Below are positions 9,229-18,339 of a stretch of 64,000 nt of DNA, in pieces. Origin of the DNA: an uncultured Candidatus Saccharibacteria bacterium (GTDB lineage: Bacteria > Patescibacteriota > Minisyncoccia > Minisyncoccales > UBA5738). The DNA lies in NCBI GenBank assembly GCA_964470995.1, contig CAYYEP010000004.1, forward strand, positions 2,846-66,845, written 5' to 3'. The notes beneath the pieces are model-generated. The model made no database searches, was not told where the DNA came from, and was given only the letters and a program-made list of their open reading frames with translations. How positions within the stretch are numbered: position 1 is the stretch's first letter; each line of letters begins with the position of its first letter. A program made the position numbers and the translations under genes.

Positions 9229-9534
9229 ATGGAGAACAAAATTATTTCAATTGAGGTTATCGGATCGGGATGCGCCAATTGCAAGAAACTGTACGAATTG
9301 GCGGTTTTGGCGGTTAAAGAGTTAAATATCGGGGTTGAGGTTGTATATTCTAATGAAGTTCAAAAGGCTTTGGCAATGGGCGTCCTGCAATTGCCGGTAC
9401 TGGCGGTGAACGGCAAGGCCGTGCTGACCGGGACGGCAGATGCTGATAAGGTTAAAAAAGCGTTGAGCCAGCGTAAGAGCGGCGATAATCAATCGGAATG
9501 CTGTCCTTGCGGCGGGGATTGCGGCTGTTTATAA
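9229..9534 (+). CDS. Thioredoxin-fold 'redox-active disulfide protein 2'-like protein with Cys-rich C-terminal tail
   Basis: MENKIISIEVIGSGCANCKKLYE contains a CxxC. The tail is SECCPCGGDCGCL. ATG at 9229 is preferred over the TTG at 9211 used by the ORF track. Confidence 0.7.
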   Translation: MENKIISIEVIGSGCANCKKLYELAVLAVKELNIGVEVVYSNEVQKALAMGVLQLPVLAVNGKAVLTGTADADKVKKALSQRKSGDNQSECCPCGGDCGCL

Positions 9535-9656
9535 TTTTCTTGAATCGCGCGCTTAGATTCAAATGCTATTGGGGGTGAGTCCTGTGATTATCCCTCGGAT
9601 TAGCTTGAAAAGAGATATATCCGAAAATATAAAGTCAAAATGATTTATAATGTCTT

Positions 9657-10637
9657 ATGGATTTTTTTTCACCCATCCAATCGTTTGCTGATCTGGCGGT
9701 TAATAATTGGTTTGGCATAACCAATGAATATTGGGCCAATGCGCTGATTTTTTTCATTTACGACACGATCAAGATCGGCCTGCTTTTGGTGGTTATCAAC
9801 TATTTGATGGCGATTGTGCGCTATTATCTGCCGGTGCAGAAAGTACGTGCTATTTTAGCTGGCCGCAAATGGTACGGGCTTGATTATTTTTTGGCGGCGA
9901 TGCTTGGAACAATAACTCCGTTTTGTTCTTGTTCGTCGATTCCGCTTTTTGTCGGATTTGTGGGTGCGGGCATACCGTTAGGCGTGACTTTTACGTTTCT
10001 TGTCGCATCGCCTTTGGTAAACGAAGCCTCTCTTTTCATCTTCCCTTCGATTTTTGGCTTGAAGATGGCATTTTTATATAACGGCTTGGGAATTTTAATC
10101 AGCGTTTTGGCGGGTCTGGCGATTCAAAAATTGAAATTGGAGAAGAGCGTTAATCCGGCTTTTTTGCAATATAAAACCCGGCAGGACGCGATTAAGGAAA
10201 ACGGCGGCCGCAAAGTACCATTGGCTAAAAAAACCTTGATTTGGCGGCAGGATGCTTGGCATATCACCAAAGAGATTTTTCCTTACGTGGTTTTTGGAGT
10301 GGGTATCGGCGCTTTAATTCATGGTTTTGTTCCCAAGGAATTTGTGCAAAACAATTTGTCGGCGGCCGATTGGTGGGGGGTGCCGCTGGCAACGATTTTA
10401 GGTTTACCTCTTTACGCCAATTCAGTGAGCGTGCTCCCGATAGTGGAGGTGCTGACCGGCAAAGGCGTGCCGCTGGGAACCGCGCTGGCTTTTATGACCG
10501 CCACGGTGACGTTATCGATTCCCGGATTGCTGATATTGAAGAAGGCGATGGATTGGAAACTGCTTTCGGCGTTTGTCGCGGTTACGAGTATTGGAATCGT
10601 ATTAATGGGCTATTTTTTTAATTTGGTAAAAATTTAA
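9657..10637 (+). CDS. Multi-TM permease of the DUF318/ArsP-like family
   Basis: 326 aa and strongly hydrophobic. It has the hallmark TPFCSCSSIPLF vicinal-cysteine motif. The genomic context (ArsR plus small thioredoxin-like protein) is typical of this family. Confidence 0.7.
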   Translation: MDFFSPIQSFADLAVNNWFGITNEYWANALIFFIYDTIKIGLLLVVINYLMAIVRYYLPVQKVRAILAGRKWYGLDYFLAAMLGTITPFCSCSSIPLFVGFVGAGIPLGVTFTFLVASPLVNEASLFIFPSIFGLKMAFLYNGLGILISVLAGLAIQKLKLEKSVNPAFLQYKTRQDAIKENGGRKVPLAKKTLIWRQDAWHITKEIFPYVVFGVGIGALIHGFVPKEFVQNNLSAADWWGVPLATILGLPLYANSVSVLPIVEVLTGKGVPLGTALAFMTATVTLSIPGLLILKKAMDWKLLSAFVAVTSIGIVLMGYFFNLVKI

Positions 10638-10648
10638 ATTCAATAGAA

Positions 10649-11149
10649 ATGAAAAAATTAGCTTTAATTCTAATAATTTTGTTAATCGCCGGAATTTTAG
10701 GGATATTGTCGGCAATTCCAAAAAATGATGCGGAAAACAGCCAAAATGCGGGATTAAATAATGCGGCCAGCCGACAAAAAAACACCGGCAATATGTCAAT
10801 CGCGGTCGCGCCCGCCCAAAAAGTGGAAGTTTTTCTGTTCCACCGCACGCAAAGATGCGTTACTTGCATAACTATCGGCAAACTATGCGGCCAAACTATC
10901 GAAGAAAGATTTGCTTCGGAGGTTTTGAACGGTAAAGTGATGTTCCGGGAGGTGAATATCGATGAACCGCAAAACAAGGAATTGGCGGAAAAATTTAAAG
11001 CCGGCGGTTCGGCTCTGTTTATCAATGCCGTTAGAGAGGGAAGTGATAATATTCAAGAAGATATTGAGGTGTGGCGTTTGACCAATGATCCGCAAGCCTT
11101 TAAAAATTACCTGGCGGGAAAGATAAACGGCTTGCTGGGCAAACAGTGA
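10649..11149 (+). CDS. Membrane-anchored thioredoxin-like CxxC protein (ArsF-family-like)
   Basis: 166 aa. N-terminal TM/signal segment LALILIILLIAGILGIL, followed by HRTQRCVTCITIG (CxxC). Confidence 0.55.
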   Translation: MKKLALILIILLIAGILGILSAIPKNDAENSQNAGLNNAASRQKNTGNMSIAVAPAQKVEVFLFHRTQRCVTCITIGKLCGQTIEERFASEVLNGKVMFREVNIDEPQNKELAEKFKAGGSALFINAVREGSDNIQEDIEVWRLTNDPQAFKNYLAGKINGLLGKQ

Positions 11150-11853
11150 TGGATATTTTAAATGTTTTAATAAGTAACAATGCCTTCCCCGCGCTTACAG
11201 CCTTTTTGTTGGGCATTTTAACTTCGATCAGTCCTTGCCCGCTAGCTACCAATATCGCGGCTGTTGCTTATCTTTCCAAGAGCCTGAAAACCGTAAAAAA
11301 TACTTTGGCCAATGGCGCGTATTATGCCTTGGGCCGCACGGCCAGCTATACCTTTCTGGCAATCTTGATCTATTACGGATTATCCGCTTTCCAAATTTCA
11401 AAATCAGTCCAAGGCTGGGGCGAAAAATTGCTAGGCCCGTTGTTGGTATTTATGGGATTGGCGATGCTTAATGTTATTAAGATCAAATTACCTTCCGGCG
11501 GGGGCAAATCGGAAAAAATCAAATTTTGGCTGGCTAATAAGGGAGGCTTGGGAGCGTTTCTGTTGGGCGCGCTGTTTGCTTTGGCTTTTTGTCCGTACAG
11601 CGCGGTGTTGTTCTTCGGCGCGCTCATTCCATTGGTGCTGAAATCGTCCGGTGGCCTGCTTTTACCGTTTTTGTTTGCCTTGGGTACCGGCTTGCCGGTT
11701 ATTGTTTTTTCTTTCTTGATCGCGTTTGGGGCGCAAAAGATCGGCGCAGCTTTTCAAATTATGCGGAAAATAGAAAAAGCAATGCGCCATATTGTTGCTT
11801 TAATTTTTCTTGCGATTGGATTATATTATTTGCGTTTTTTAGTAGGTTTATAA
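11146..11853 (+). CDS. CcdA/DsbD-type transmembrane thiol-disulfide transporter (ArsG-family-like)
   Basis: 235 aa with about 6 TM segments. The two family-typical membrane cysteines are present (SISPCPLA and LAFCPYSA). Its start overlaps the upstream stop (GTGATG). Confidence 0.65.
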   Translation: MMDILNVLISNNAFPALTAFLLGILTSISPCPLATNIAAVAYLSKSLKTVKNTLANGAYYALGRTASYTFLAILIYYGLSAFQISKSVQGWGEKLLGPLLVFMGLAMLNVIKIKLPSGGGKSEKIKFWLANKGGLGAFLLGALFALAFCPYSAVLFFGALIPLVLKSSGGLLLPFLFALGTGLPVIVFSFLIAFGAQKIGAAFQIMRKIEKAMRHIVALIFLAIGLYYLRFLVGL

Positions 11854-12396
11854 TCCGGGAAACTTATTGTTTCAAAATGGCGGCTTTTTGATAAGCCAAT
11901 GATAATTTTTGACTTGTGTATTATGATTATTTTGGGGCAAAAATGACCGGCTAGGATTGGCTCGGCAAATTTTTTGAATGGATAAGAATTAATGTGATGG
12001 AAGAGGGAAAAAATATCGCAGTCGTTAAAGATAGGCCGCGTTAAGCGGAGGCCGCGTTAATTTTAATGTATATACTTAGATATGTATTGCGGAACGCGCG
12101 ATATTTGATCTTGCTCATTATTTGTAATAAATTTGCAGTAAACAACCGAAAGAAGCTGGAGCCAATTGCGTATAGGGATACCAATCATTATCAGATAACC
12201 AAGGGTTTTTTGGATAATCCCGACCGGTATTTGAAATATCTGTTCGCGGAATAAATGTCTTTCTTTGTTGGGGGGGTGACTTCTGCGGAGTTTTGGAAAT
12301 TAGGAGAAAAACGAGTTTTGGTATATAGTCAAGGGGTAGTTAAAAACGCGAAAAAATAGTCGGCTTTCCGTTGTTCATAAAAGCAAAAACAAAAAA

Positions 12397-12594
12397 ATGC
12401 AAGGTACAATCAAAACTCTTACGGAAAGAGGATTTGGATTCATCTCCCGCGAGGGGGAGGCCAAGGATCTTTTTTTCCATTCCAAGGAATTGAAGGGCGT
12501 CACTTATGACGAGCTGAAGGTTGGCGATACAGTAACCTTTGAGATCGTTAATGGCGAAAAGGGCTTGGCGGCGGTGAACGTTTCCCGCTTGTAA
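12397..12594 (+). CDS. Cold-shock domain protein (CspA family)
   Basis: 65 aa. MQGTIKTLTERGFGFISREGEAKDLFFH carries the RNP1-like GFGFI and RNP2-like FFH motifs. Confidence 0.9.
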   Translation: MQGTIKTLTERGFGFISREGEAKDLFFHSKELKGVTYDELKVGDTVTFEIVNGEKGLAAVNVSRL

Positions 12595-12606
12595 GCAAAA
12601 ACAGGA

Positions 12607-12635
12607 GCCGTCCCGAGTTGTCGGGGCGGTTTTTG
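12607..12635 (+). terminator. Rho-independent terminator
   Basis: Stem gccgtcccga/tcggggcgg (one G-U pair), loop gttg, then ttttt. Confidence 0.6.
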
Positions 12636-12794
12636 GTATATTCCCCATGTGGGTAATGTATTGCTTTTTTTTGGTTTTTGATCTATAATTAAGTTACGCG
12701 AGTTTTGACTACAAATTGGAGTCCGTTTAAAAGCGGGCTGGCGACCATATTTGCGACTCATGTGTTAATAAGTCGTTTTTTTGTATAAAAATAT

Positions 12795-13061
12795 ATGGCT
12801 AAAACATTGGAAGAATTTATGGCGGAGCATAATCGGCTTTCTCCGGCCAATTTACAAGTGACCAAAGAAGTGCTTTTGCGTTTTCGGGAAGAAAAAAGCT
12901 CGCTTTTTCGGGAAGGAGATTGGTCGATTGAGAAGATAAGGCGGCCTTTTATAGAGTGGCTATGCGCCGCTTCGCTTGATAAGAAAATAAAGGACCGTTC
13001 CAAGGACAATGGCTGGATAACATTTCCCCGTCCGGCAGAAGAAAATAAGGGCTTATATTAA
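12795..13061 (+). CDS. Hypothetical protein
   Basis: An 88-aa ORF with balanced composition and no recognised motif. Confidence 0.4.
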   Translation: MAKTLEEFMAEHNRLSPANLQVTKEVLLRFREEKSSLFREGDWSIEKIRRPFIEWLCAASLDKKIKDRSKDNGWITFPRPAEENKGLY

Positions 13062-13335
13062 AATAAAGAAACAAAAGCGAAATGAAAAATTCAAGAAATC
13101 CCAACCAGATCAAAAATAAATCGGCGCATAAGCGCTTGACTATTAAGCACAGGCCAAGAAAAAAGAATCGGCGCAAGTAAACTACCCCGGGTAAAGCTTC
13201 GAGGCATTGCGCCAGTTAAATAACTTTTTAAAGGCGGAGAGCATTTTTTGGTTTCCGCCTTTTTTTGCAAGAAAAACTATTACTAATCGAGGTTTTTCAA
13301 GAGCTTGAACGCGTTATTTAATTTTAGCGGAAAAA

Positions 13336-14604
13336 TTACGGCAGAATTATGGAGGCTAGGCCCAAGAATGCCAAAAAACCAAGTACGTCGGTAGCGGTGG
13401 TGATAAAAATAGTCGCCGAAGAGGCCGGGTCTTTACCGAGCCGGTGCATTACCAGGGGGATCAGCGTTCCGGCTGCGGCCGCGACAACAAGGTTTACCAC
13501 CATGGCGGCGAAGAGGATTGCGGAAATTAAAGGGTCGCGGTTGGCGATAAAAGAGATCGCGGCGACTATAAATCCGTTTATGACTCCATTGACGAATCCG
13601 GAAATTATCTCATTTTTTAATATTTCGGGTACCGATCCATTCTCGATTTGTTTTAGGGTTATGCCTCTGACCATGACTGCCATTGCCTGGGTTCCGGCAT
13701 TTCCGCCCATTCCCGCGATGATGGGCATATATATGGCTAAAATAACGTATTTGGAGATTTTTTCATTAAATATGCCTACCGTAAAGGATGCCAGAAATGA
13801 AGTTGCCAAATTGATGATCAGCCATTTGTAGCGGAATTTTATTTTACTGGTGGCGCTATCAAAGACGCTTTCTTCTTCCGAGACTCCGGCAAAGTCATAT
13901 AAAGACATTGATTCGCGCTCTTTCAGCAGGCGCAGAACATCGTCGGAGTAGATTATCCCCATAACTTGCCCTTTGCTTCCGAGTACCGCGACTTTTGTAT
14001 TTGGGCGGTTGTGGAATAGGGCGATAACGTCTTCGTGGGTTGCTTGGGATGAAACCGCGGAAATTTTTCGGATGTATTTTTTAACTTTGTCCCGAGGCCG
14101 CGCAAAGCCCAGGTCGTGGCCGGGCAGATATCCGGATATTATTTTTTTATCCCTGTTTGGTTTCATCGCGATAATTGCCGGAGGCCGGCCGGTGCGTTTT
14201 TCGTGGGATCTAAACCGTTTTGATACTTCGGCGATACTGTTAATTTCATCAACTAGGATGAAGTCGGGGTTCATCAATCCGGCCGCCGATTCGGGATCGA
14301 AATCAAGCAATGTTTTAAGAGCATCCCGGGTTTCTTGGCCAACTAGATTTAAAATTTTTTTTTGTTTCTCCTTTGCGAAAAGCTGAAGGATGTCGGTAGC
14401 TTCATCGGGTTCGGCGAATTCGATCAAGGCAGATAATTCTTCTTCGGTCAGGTTCGAAAGCAGGCCGTAAATAATATATTTGTTCAGGGTCAAGCAGGCT
14501 TGGACCTGATCGGCAGGGTCCATTTTCTTGAAAATCTCAATTCGTTTTTCGGGATTGAGGATGATCTCTGAAAACGGCTCAATTTTCTTTTTATTGGATT
14601 TCAC
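13336..14604 (-). CDS. mgtE: Magnesium transporter MgtE
   Basis: 422 aa. It has an N-terminal MgtE-N-like region, a CBS pair and a C-terminal TM domain with MPIIAGMGGNAGTQ. Confidence 0.85.
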   Translation of the reverse strand: MKSNKKKIEPFSEIILNPEKRIEIFKKMDPADQVQACLTLNKYIIYGLLSNLTEEELSALIEFAEPDEATDILQLFAKEKQKKILNLVGQETRDALKTLLDFDPESAAGLMNPDFILVDEINSIAEVSKRFRSHEKRTGRPPAIIAMKPNRDKKIISGYLPGHDLGFARPRDKVKKYIRKISAVSSQATHEDVIALFHNRPNTKVAVLGSKGQVMGIIYSDDVLRLLKERESMSLYDFAGVSEEESVFDSATSKIKFRYKWLIINLATSFLASFTVGIFNEKISKYVILAIYMPIIAGMGGNAGTQAMAVMVRGITLKQIENGSVPEILKNEIISGFVNGVINGFIVAAISFIANRDPLISAILFAAMVVNLVVAAAAGTLIPLVMHRLGKDPASSATIFITTATDVLGFLAFLGLASIILP

Positions 14605-14751
14605 GCCTTTGGAAAATTATTTGTATCGTACATTTTAACTATATCCTTGATCGCTGTTTAGGCAAAATTATTTTTTTGCGTCGTAATGTTGCAAAAATTA
14701 GGGACGTAAACTATTTCCATATAGCGGGTAAGGTAGTAAAATGGCGGTATT

Positions 14752-15330
14752 ATGGATAAAATCGCTTTGATAAACGAGGAAAAAAAATTTGATGGAACCG
14801 GTTTCGCGACGGATCATGTCAGTGGCAAGGAGTTTTTGCATTGCGAATTCATAAGATGCGATTTTTCGGATTGCAAACTGGCGGGAGCGGTATTTTGCGG
14901 ATGCAAATTCTTGAATTGTAATTTTTCCAACGCGCGCGTCGAAAACTGCAGTTTTAGGGGTGCGGTATTCGAAGGATGCAAGTTGATGGGGATATTGTTC
15001 AATGAAATAAACCAATTTATGCTGGATTGGGAATTTAGGAATTGTTTGATTGAATTTTGCAATTTTGACGGACTTAAAATCAAGGGCGGAAAATTCGCAG
15101 GTTGTACGATACGCGAATCGGATTTCACCAATACCAACTTGCAGAAATGCGATTTTAGCTGCGCGGATTTGCAAGGAAGCATATTCCGGAGCGCCAACCT
15201 GACAGGGGCGAATTTTACCGGCGGCAGGAATTATTATATCGATCCGACGCAGAATAAAATGAAAGGAGCGAGATTTTCCCAGCCGGAGGTGTTGGTGTTG
15301 TTGGCGGCGTTTGAAATAAAAATTGAATAA
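14752..15330 (+). CDS. Pentapeptide-repeat protein (Qnr/MfpA-like size and layout)
   Basis: 192 aa. It contains continuous A(D/N)LxX-type repeats, e.g. CEFIRCDFSDCKLAGAVFCGCKFLNCNFSNARVENCSF. Confidence 0.8.
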   Translation: MDKIALINEEKKFDGTGFATDHVSGKEFLHCEFIRCDFSDCKLAGAVFCGCKFLNCNFSNARVENCSFRGAVFEGCKLMGILFNEINQFMLDWEFRNCLIEFCNFDGLKIKGGKFAGCTIRESDFTNTNLQKCDFSCADLQGSIFRSANLTGANFTGGRNYYIDPTQNKMKGARFSQPEVLVLLAAFEIKIE

Positions 15331-15335
15331 GCCAT

Positions 15336-15770
15336 ATGGACAAAATGGAACAAGAGAAAAAAACGAAGGTGGGTGTGGGGGTAATGATTGTTAAAAACGG
15401 CAAGGTGCTTATGGGCAAGAGAAAGGGTTCGCATGGCGCGGGCGAGTTTGCTTTTCCGGGCGGGCACTTGGAGTACATGGAGTCGTTCGAGGCGTGCGCC
15501 AAAAGGGAGGCGGCCGAAGAAACCGGGATAGAAATAGAAAACGTTCGTTTTTTGATGCTGGCCAACGTGGCCAAATACGCGCCCAAGCATTACGCGCACG
15601 TTACGTTGATGGCGGATTGGAAATCGGGTGAACCACGAGTTTTGGAGCCGGAAGTATGCGAGTTGTGGGGGTGGCATAGTTTGAGCAATCTGCCCGAACC
15701 ATTGTTTGAGACGTGCAAGTTGTCGATCGACAGTTACAAAACCGGCAGGAATTATTATGATAAATATTAA
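15336..15770 (+). CDS. NUDIX hydrolase
   Basis: Nudix box GGHLEYMESFEACAKREAAEETGIE. Confidence 0.85.
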   Translation: MDKMEQEKKTKVGVGVMIVKNGKVLMGKRKGSHGAGEFAFPGGHLEYMESFEACAKREAAEETGIEIENVRFLMLANVAKYAPKHYAHVTLMADWKSGEPRVLEPEVCELWGWHSLSNLPEPLFETCKLSIDSYKTGRNYYDKY

Positions 15771-15781
15771 AAAGGTTTTTT

Positions 15782-16231
15782 ATGGAGAAGTTAATTCGAA
15801 ATAATTTAGTGGTTGAGCTGCACGTGCCAGATTTGAGGCTGGCAAGGGATTTTTACGGCAAGCTTGGCTTTGAGCTGGCGTTGGATGATTCACCCAATGA
15901 AGCGCAGCCGGGATATATGACGATGGCGCGCAAGGACGGTGCCGGCGTTACGATGCTTAACTTTTATGGCGGCGATGAGAGGGTTTATAATCAGGCATAC
16001 TTTAAACAATTCCCAAAAGGCACAAAAAGGGGTTACGCGGTGAGCGTGACGATACCGGTGGCGGATATTGATGAAGTTTACGGCCAGGCGCAAAATTTTT
16101 TAGCCAAAAGCATCGTACGCGAATTAAAAGGGGTCGAAGACCATAGCAAGATGTGGAAAGATTTTCGAATGATCGATCCGTTCGGATTTTACCTGCGGTT
16201 TACCGAATTGTTGGATTGGGGCCAGCAATAG
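15782..16231 (+). CDS. VOC (glyoxalase/bleomycin-resistance-type) family protein
   Basis: 149 aa. The N-terminal VELHVPDLRLARDFYGKLGFE is typical of the VOC beta-alpha-beta-beta-beta module. Confidence 0.6.
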   Translation: MEKLIRNNLVVELHVPDLRLARDFYGKLGFELALDDSPNEAQPGYMTMARKDGAGVTMLNFYGGDERVYNQAYFKQFPKGTKRGYAVSVTIPVADIDEVYGQAQNFLAKSIVRELKGVEDHSKMWKDFRMIDPFGFYLRFTELLDWGQQ

Positions 16232-16269
16232 TGTTATGCTAGGGTTATCATTATTTAAGCGCAAAAACC

Positions 16270-17235
16270 ATGAATAAAAAACTAGTCGGGATCGCGGTTG
16301 CAGTGGTTCTTATAGCGGGATTTTTTTGGTATTTGTCGAATGAGAACAAAAAAGTTCAGGTTGATAATTCGCTTGAGTCGGCAACCGAACAGGAAGAAGC
16401 GCAAGCGACGCTTCCCGCGGTAGAAGAAGGAACGGAAGAACCGCAGACGGAGGCGGCGACGGAAGAAGATCAGGTTAAAGAAGCGGAAAACAAGCCCGAA
16501 GAGACAATTGGCACATCTGCCGGAGGACGTAAAATTATGGCTTACCATTACGGCACCGGTTCCAAGGAAGTTTTGCTGGTGGGAGGAATCCATGGCGGAT
16601 ATTCTTGGAATACGGCGCTGTTGGCTTATCAAATGATGGATTATTTTGATGCCAATCCCAAGGCGGTTCCGGATGGAGTCAAGGTGACGATTGTTCCGGT
16701 GCTGAATTCCGACGGGTTGAGCCGAGTCGTAGATTCGGCCGGACGTTTTAAACCCACCGATGTTTCGACTTCACAGGAGGACAGGATCGCCGGACGTTTT
16801 AATGCCAATAACGTGGATTTAAACCGCAATTTTGACTGTAATTGGCAGGCAACGGCGGTGTGGCAGAATAAGACGGTGAGCGGCGGAACCAGCGTCTTTT
16901 CTGAGCCGGAGGCGCGGGCAATCCGCGATTACGTCCAGAAGCCGGAGATCACCGCGGTGGTGGCGTGGTATAGTTCGGCGGGAGGAGTATTTTCTTCAAG
17001 TTGCAATGGCGAGGTGGCGGCGGCGACAAAGGAAATGACTGATATTTACGCCAAAGCTTCGGGTTATCCGGCGCACAAGGATTTTGATTATTACGAAATT
17101 TCGGGTGATATGACGAATTGGTTTGCCAAGAATAATGTGCCGGCGGTGGGCGTGGTATTGACCACGGCCGACGATGTGGAGTGGGATAAAAACTTGGCTG
17201 GGGTGAAGGCGGTGTTGAATCATTTCGCCAAATAG
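16270..17235 (+). CDS. Membrane-anchored M14-like carboxypeptidase paralogue with substituted putative zinc ligands
   Basis: 321 aa with an N-terminal TM segment and an E/T-rich linker. Family motifs VDLNRNFDCNW and SEPEARAIRDY are present. It has HGGYSWN and AWYSSAG where the downstream paralogue has HGGYEWN and FWHSKSG. Confidence 0.7.
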   Translation: MNKKLVGIAVAVVLIAGFFWYLSNENKKVQVDNSLESATEQEEAQATLPAVEEGTEEPQTEAATEEDQVKEAENKPEETIGTSAGGRKIMAYHYGTGSKEVLLVGGIHGGYSWNTALLAYQMMDYFDANPKAVPDGVKVTIVPVLNSDGLSRVVDSAGRFKPTDVSTSQEDRIAGRFNANNVDLNRNFDCNWQATAVWQNKTVSGGTSVFSEPEARAIRDYVQKPEITAVVAWYSSAGGVFSSSCNGEVAAATKEMTDIYAKASGYPAHKDFDYYEISGDMTNWFAKNNVPAVGVVLTTADDVEWDKNLAGVKAVLNHFAK

Positions 17236-17237
17236 CG

Positions 17238-18161
17238 ATGGCCGCAAAAAACCGTAAATTTTTTTTGATCGCAGCGATCGGAGTTGCCGCGCTTGGCGCG
17301 GCAACGCTGTTGATGCTGGATAAGTTTATAAAAGAAACGAAAATTGAAATTGAAACGCCTAAAATTGAGGAACCGGTGCCAGAATCTCCGGCGCCGGTAA
17401 CAATGGAAACCCCCGGGCCGCGGCAGGCAATAATCGGATTCTCGGTGCAAGGAAGACAGATTGAAGCGTATACATTCGGCGGCGGGGTAAAAGAGCTGCT
17501 TTTTGTGGGCGGTATGCATGGCGGTTATGAATGGAATAGTATTCTGCTGGCTTACGAATTCATTGATTATTTACAGCAGAATCCGGATGCTGTTTCGGAG
17601 AATTTAACAGTAACAGTGATTCCTGACGCGAATCCCGACGGTGTTTATAAGATTGTGGGCAAAGAAGGGCGGTTTATTGCGGCGGAAGTGCCGGCAGGTA
17701 CAAGCGGCGACGGCCGATTTAATGCCCGCGGAGTTGATCTTAACCGGAATTTTGACTGCAATTGGCGGCCTGACGGCGTTTGGCAGAATAAAACCGTGAG
17801 CGGCGGGAGCAGTGCATTCTCCGAGCCGGAGGCGGCGGCGATTCGCGATTATGCGCTTGCCTACAGGCCGGCGGCAGTGATATTTTGGCATAGCAAGTCG
17901 GGGACGGTTTATGGCTCGGGATGCAATGCGGATATGCTGGATGAGACTGGTGATATTATGAACGCTTACGCAAAGGCGGCGGGTTATAAGACCGCACCGA
18001 CGTTCGACAGCTACGTAGTCAACGGTGATGCCTCGGATTGGCTGGCGTCAATCGGTATTCCGGCGATAACAGCTGAATTGGCAACCCACAGCTCGATAGA
18101 ATGGGACAATAATCTGGCCGGTATAAAGGCGGTACTGAAATACTACGAGAGCAAGGATTAA
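17238..18161 (+). CDS. Membrane-anchored M14-family zinc carboxypeptidase
   Basis: 307 aa. Motifs MHGGYEWNS, VDLNRNFDCNW, SEPEAAAIRDY and FWHSKSG. It starts 3 nt after the stop of the upstream paralogue. Confidence 0.75.
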   Translation: MAAKNRKFFLIAAIGVAALGAATLLMLDKFIKETKIEIETPKIEEPVPESPAPVTMETPGPRQAIIGFSVQGRQIEAYTFGGGVKELLFVGGMHGGYEWNSILLAYEFIDYLQQNPDAVSENLTVTVIPDANPDGVYKIVGKEGRFIAAEVPAGTSGDGRFNARGVDLNRNFDCNWRPDGVWQNKTVSGGSSAFSEPEAAAIRDYALAYRPAAVIFWHSKSGTVYGSGCNADMLDETGDIMNAYAKAAGYKTAPTFDSYVVNGDASDWLASIGIPAITAELATHSSIEWDNNLAGIKAVLKYYESKD

Positions 18162-18339
18162 GCCAGGGTATTTAAAATGTAAATTTACGCAAGGTTTTAG
18201 CTTGTACTTTGCAAACTTTAAGGTGAAACCTTGGAGCGCGCCGATGGTTGCCACCTGGGAAAAATTGGTATAGAATAATGTGAATGTTGAAAAGCATTCT
18301 TTATTTTGTTTAAAAGCTATTTTAGGTAGCAGAAATCAA

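Noticed and set aside
10241-10621. An alternative-frame 126-aa ORF inside the permease gene, and similar alternative-frame ORFs at 39366-39827 and 38989-39480.
   Set aside because: They overlap confidently called membrane or ABC genes. Their translations are G/R-rich frame artefacts of GC-rich coding sequence.
13349-14386. Plus-strand ORFs of 160 and 137 aa.
   Set aside because: They are antisense to mgtE (the GMGGNAGTQ motif is on the minus strand).
14698-15197. Minus-strand ORFs of 158 and 127 aa.
   Set aside because: They are antisense to the pentapeptide-repeat gene. The repetitive nature of that gene keeps the opposite strand open.
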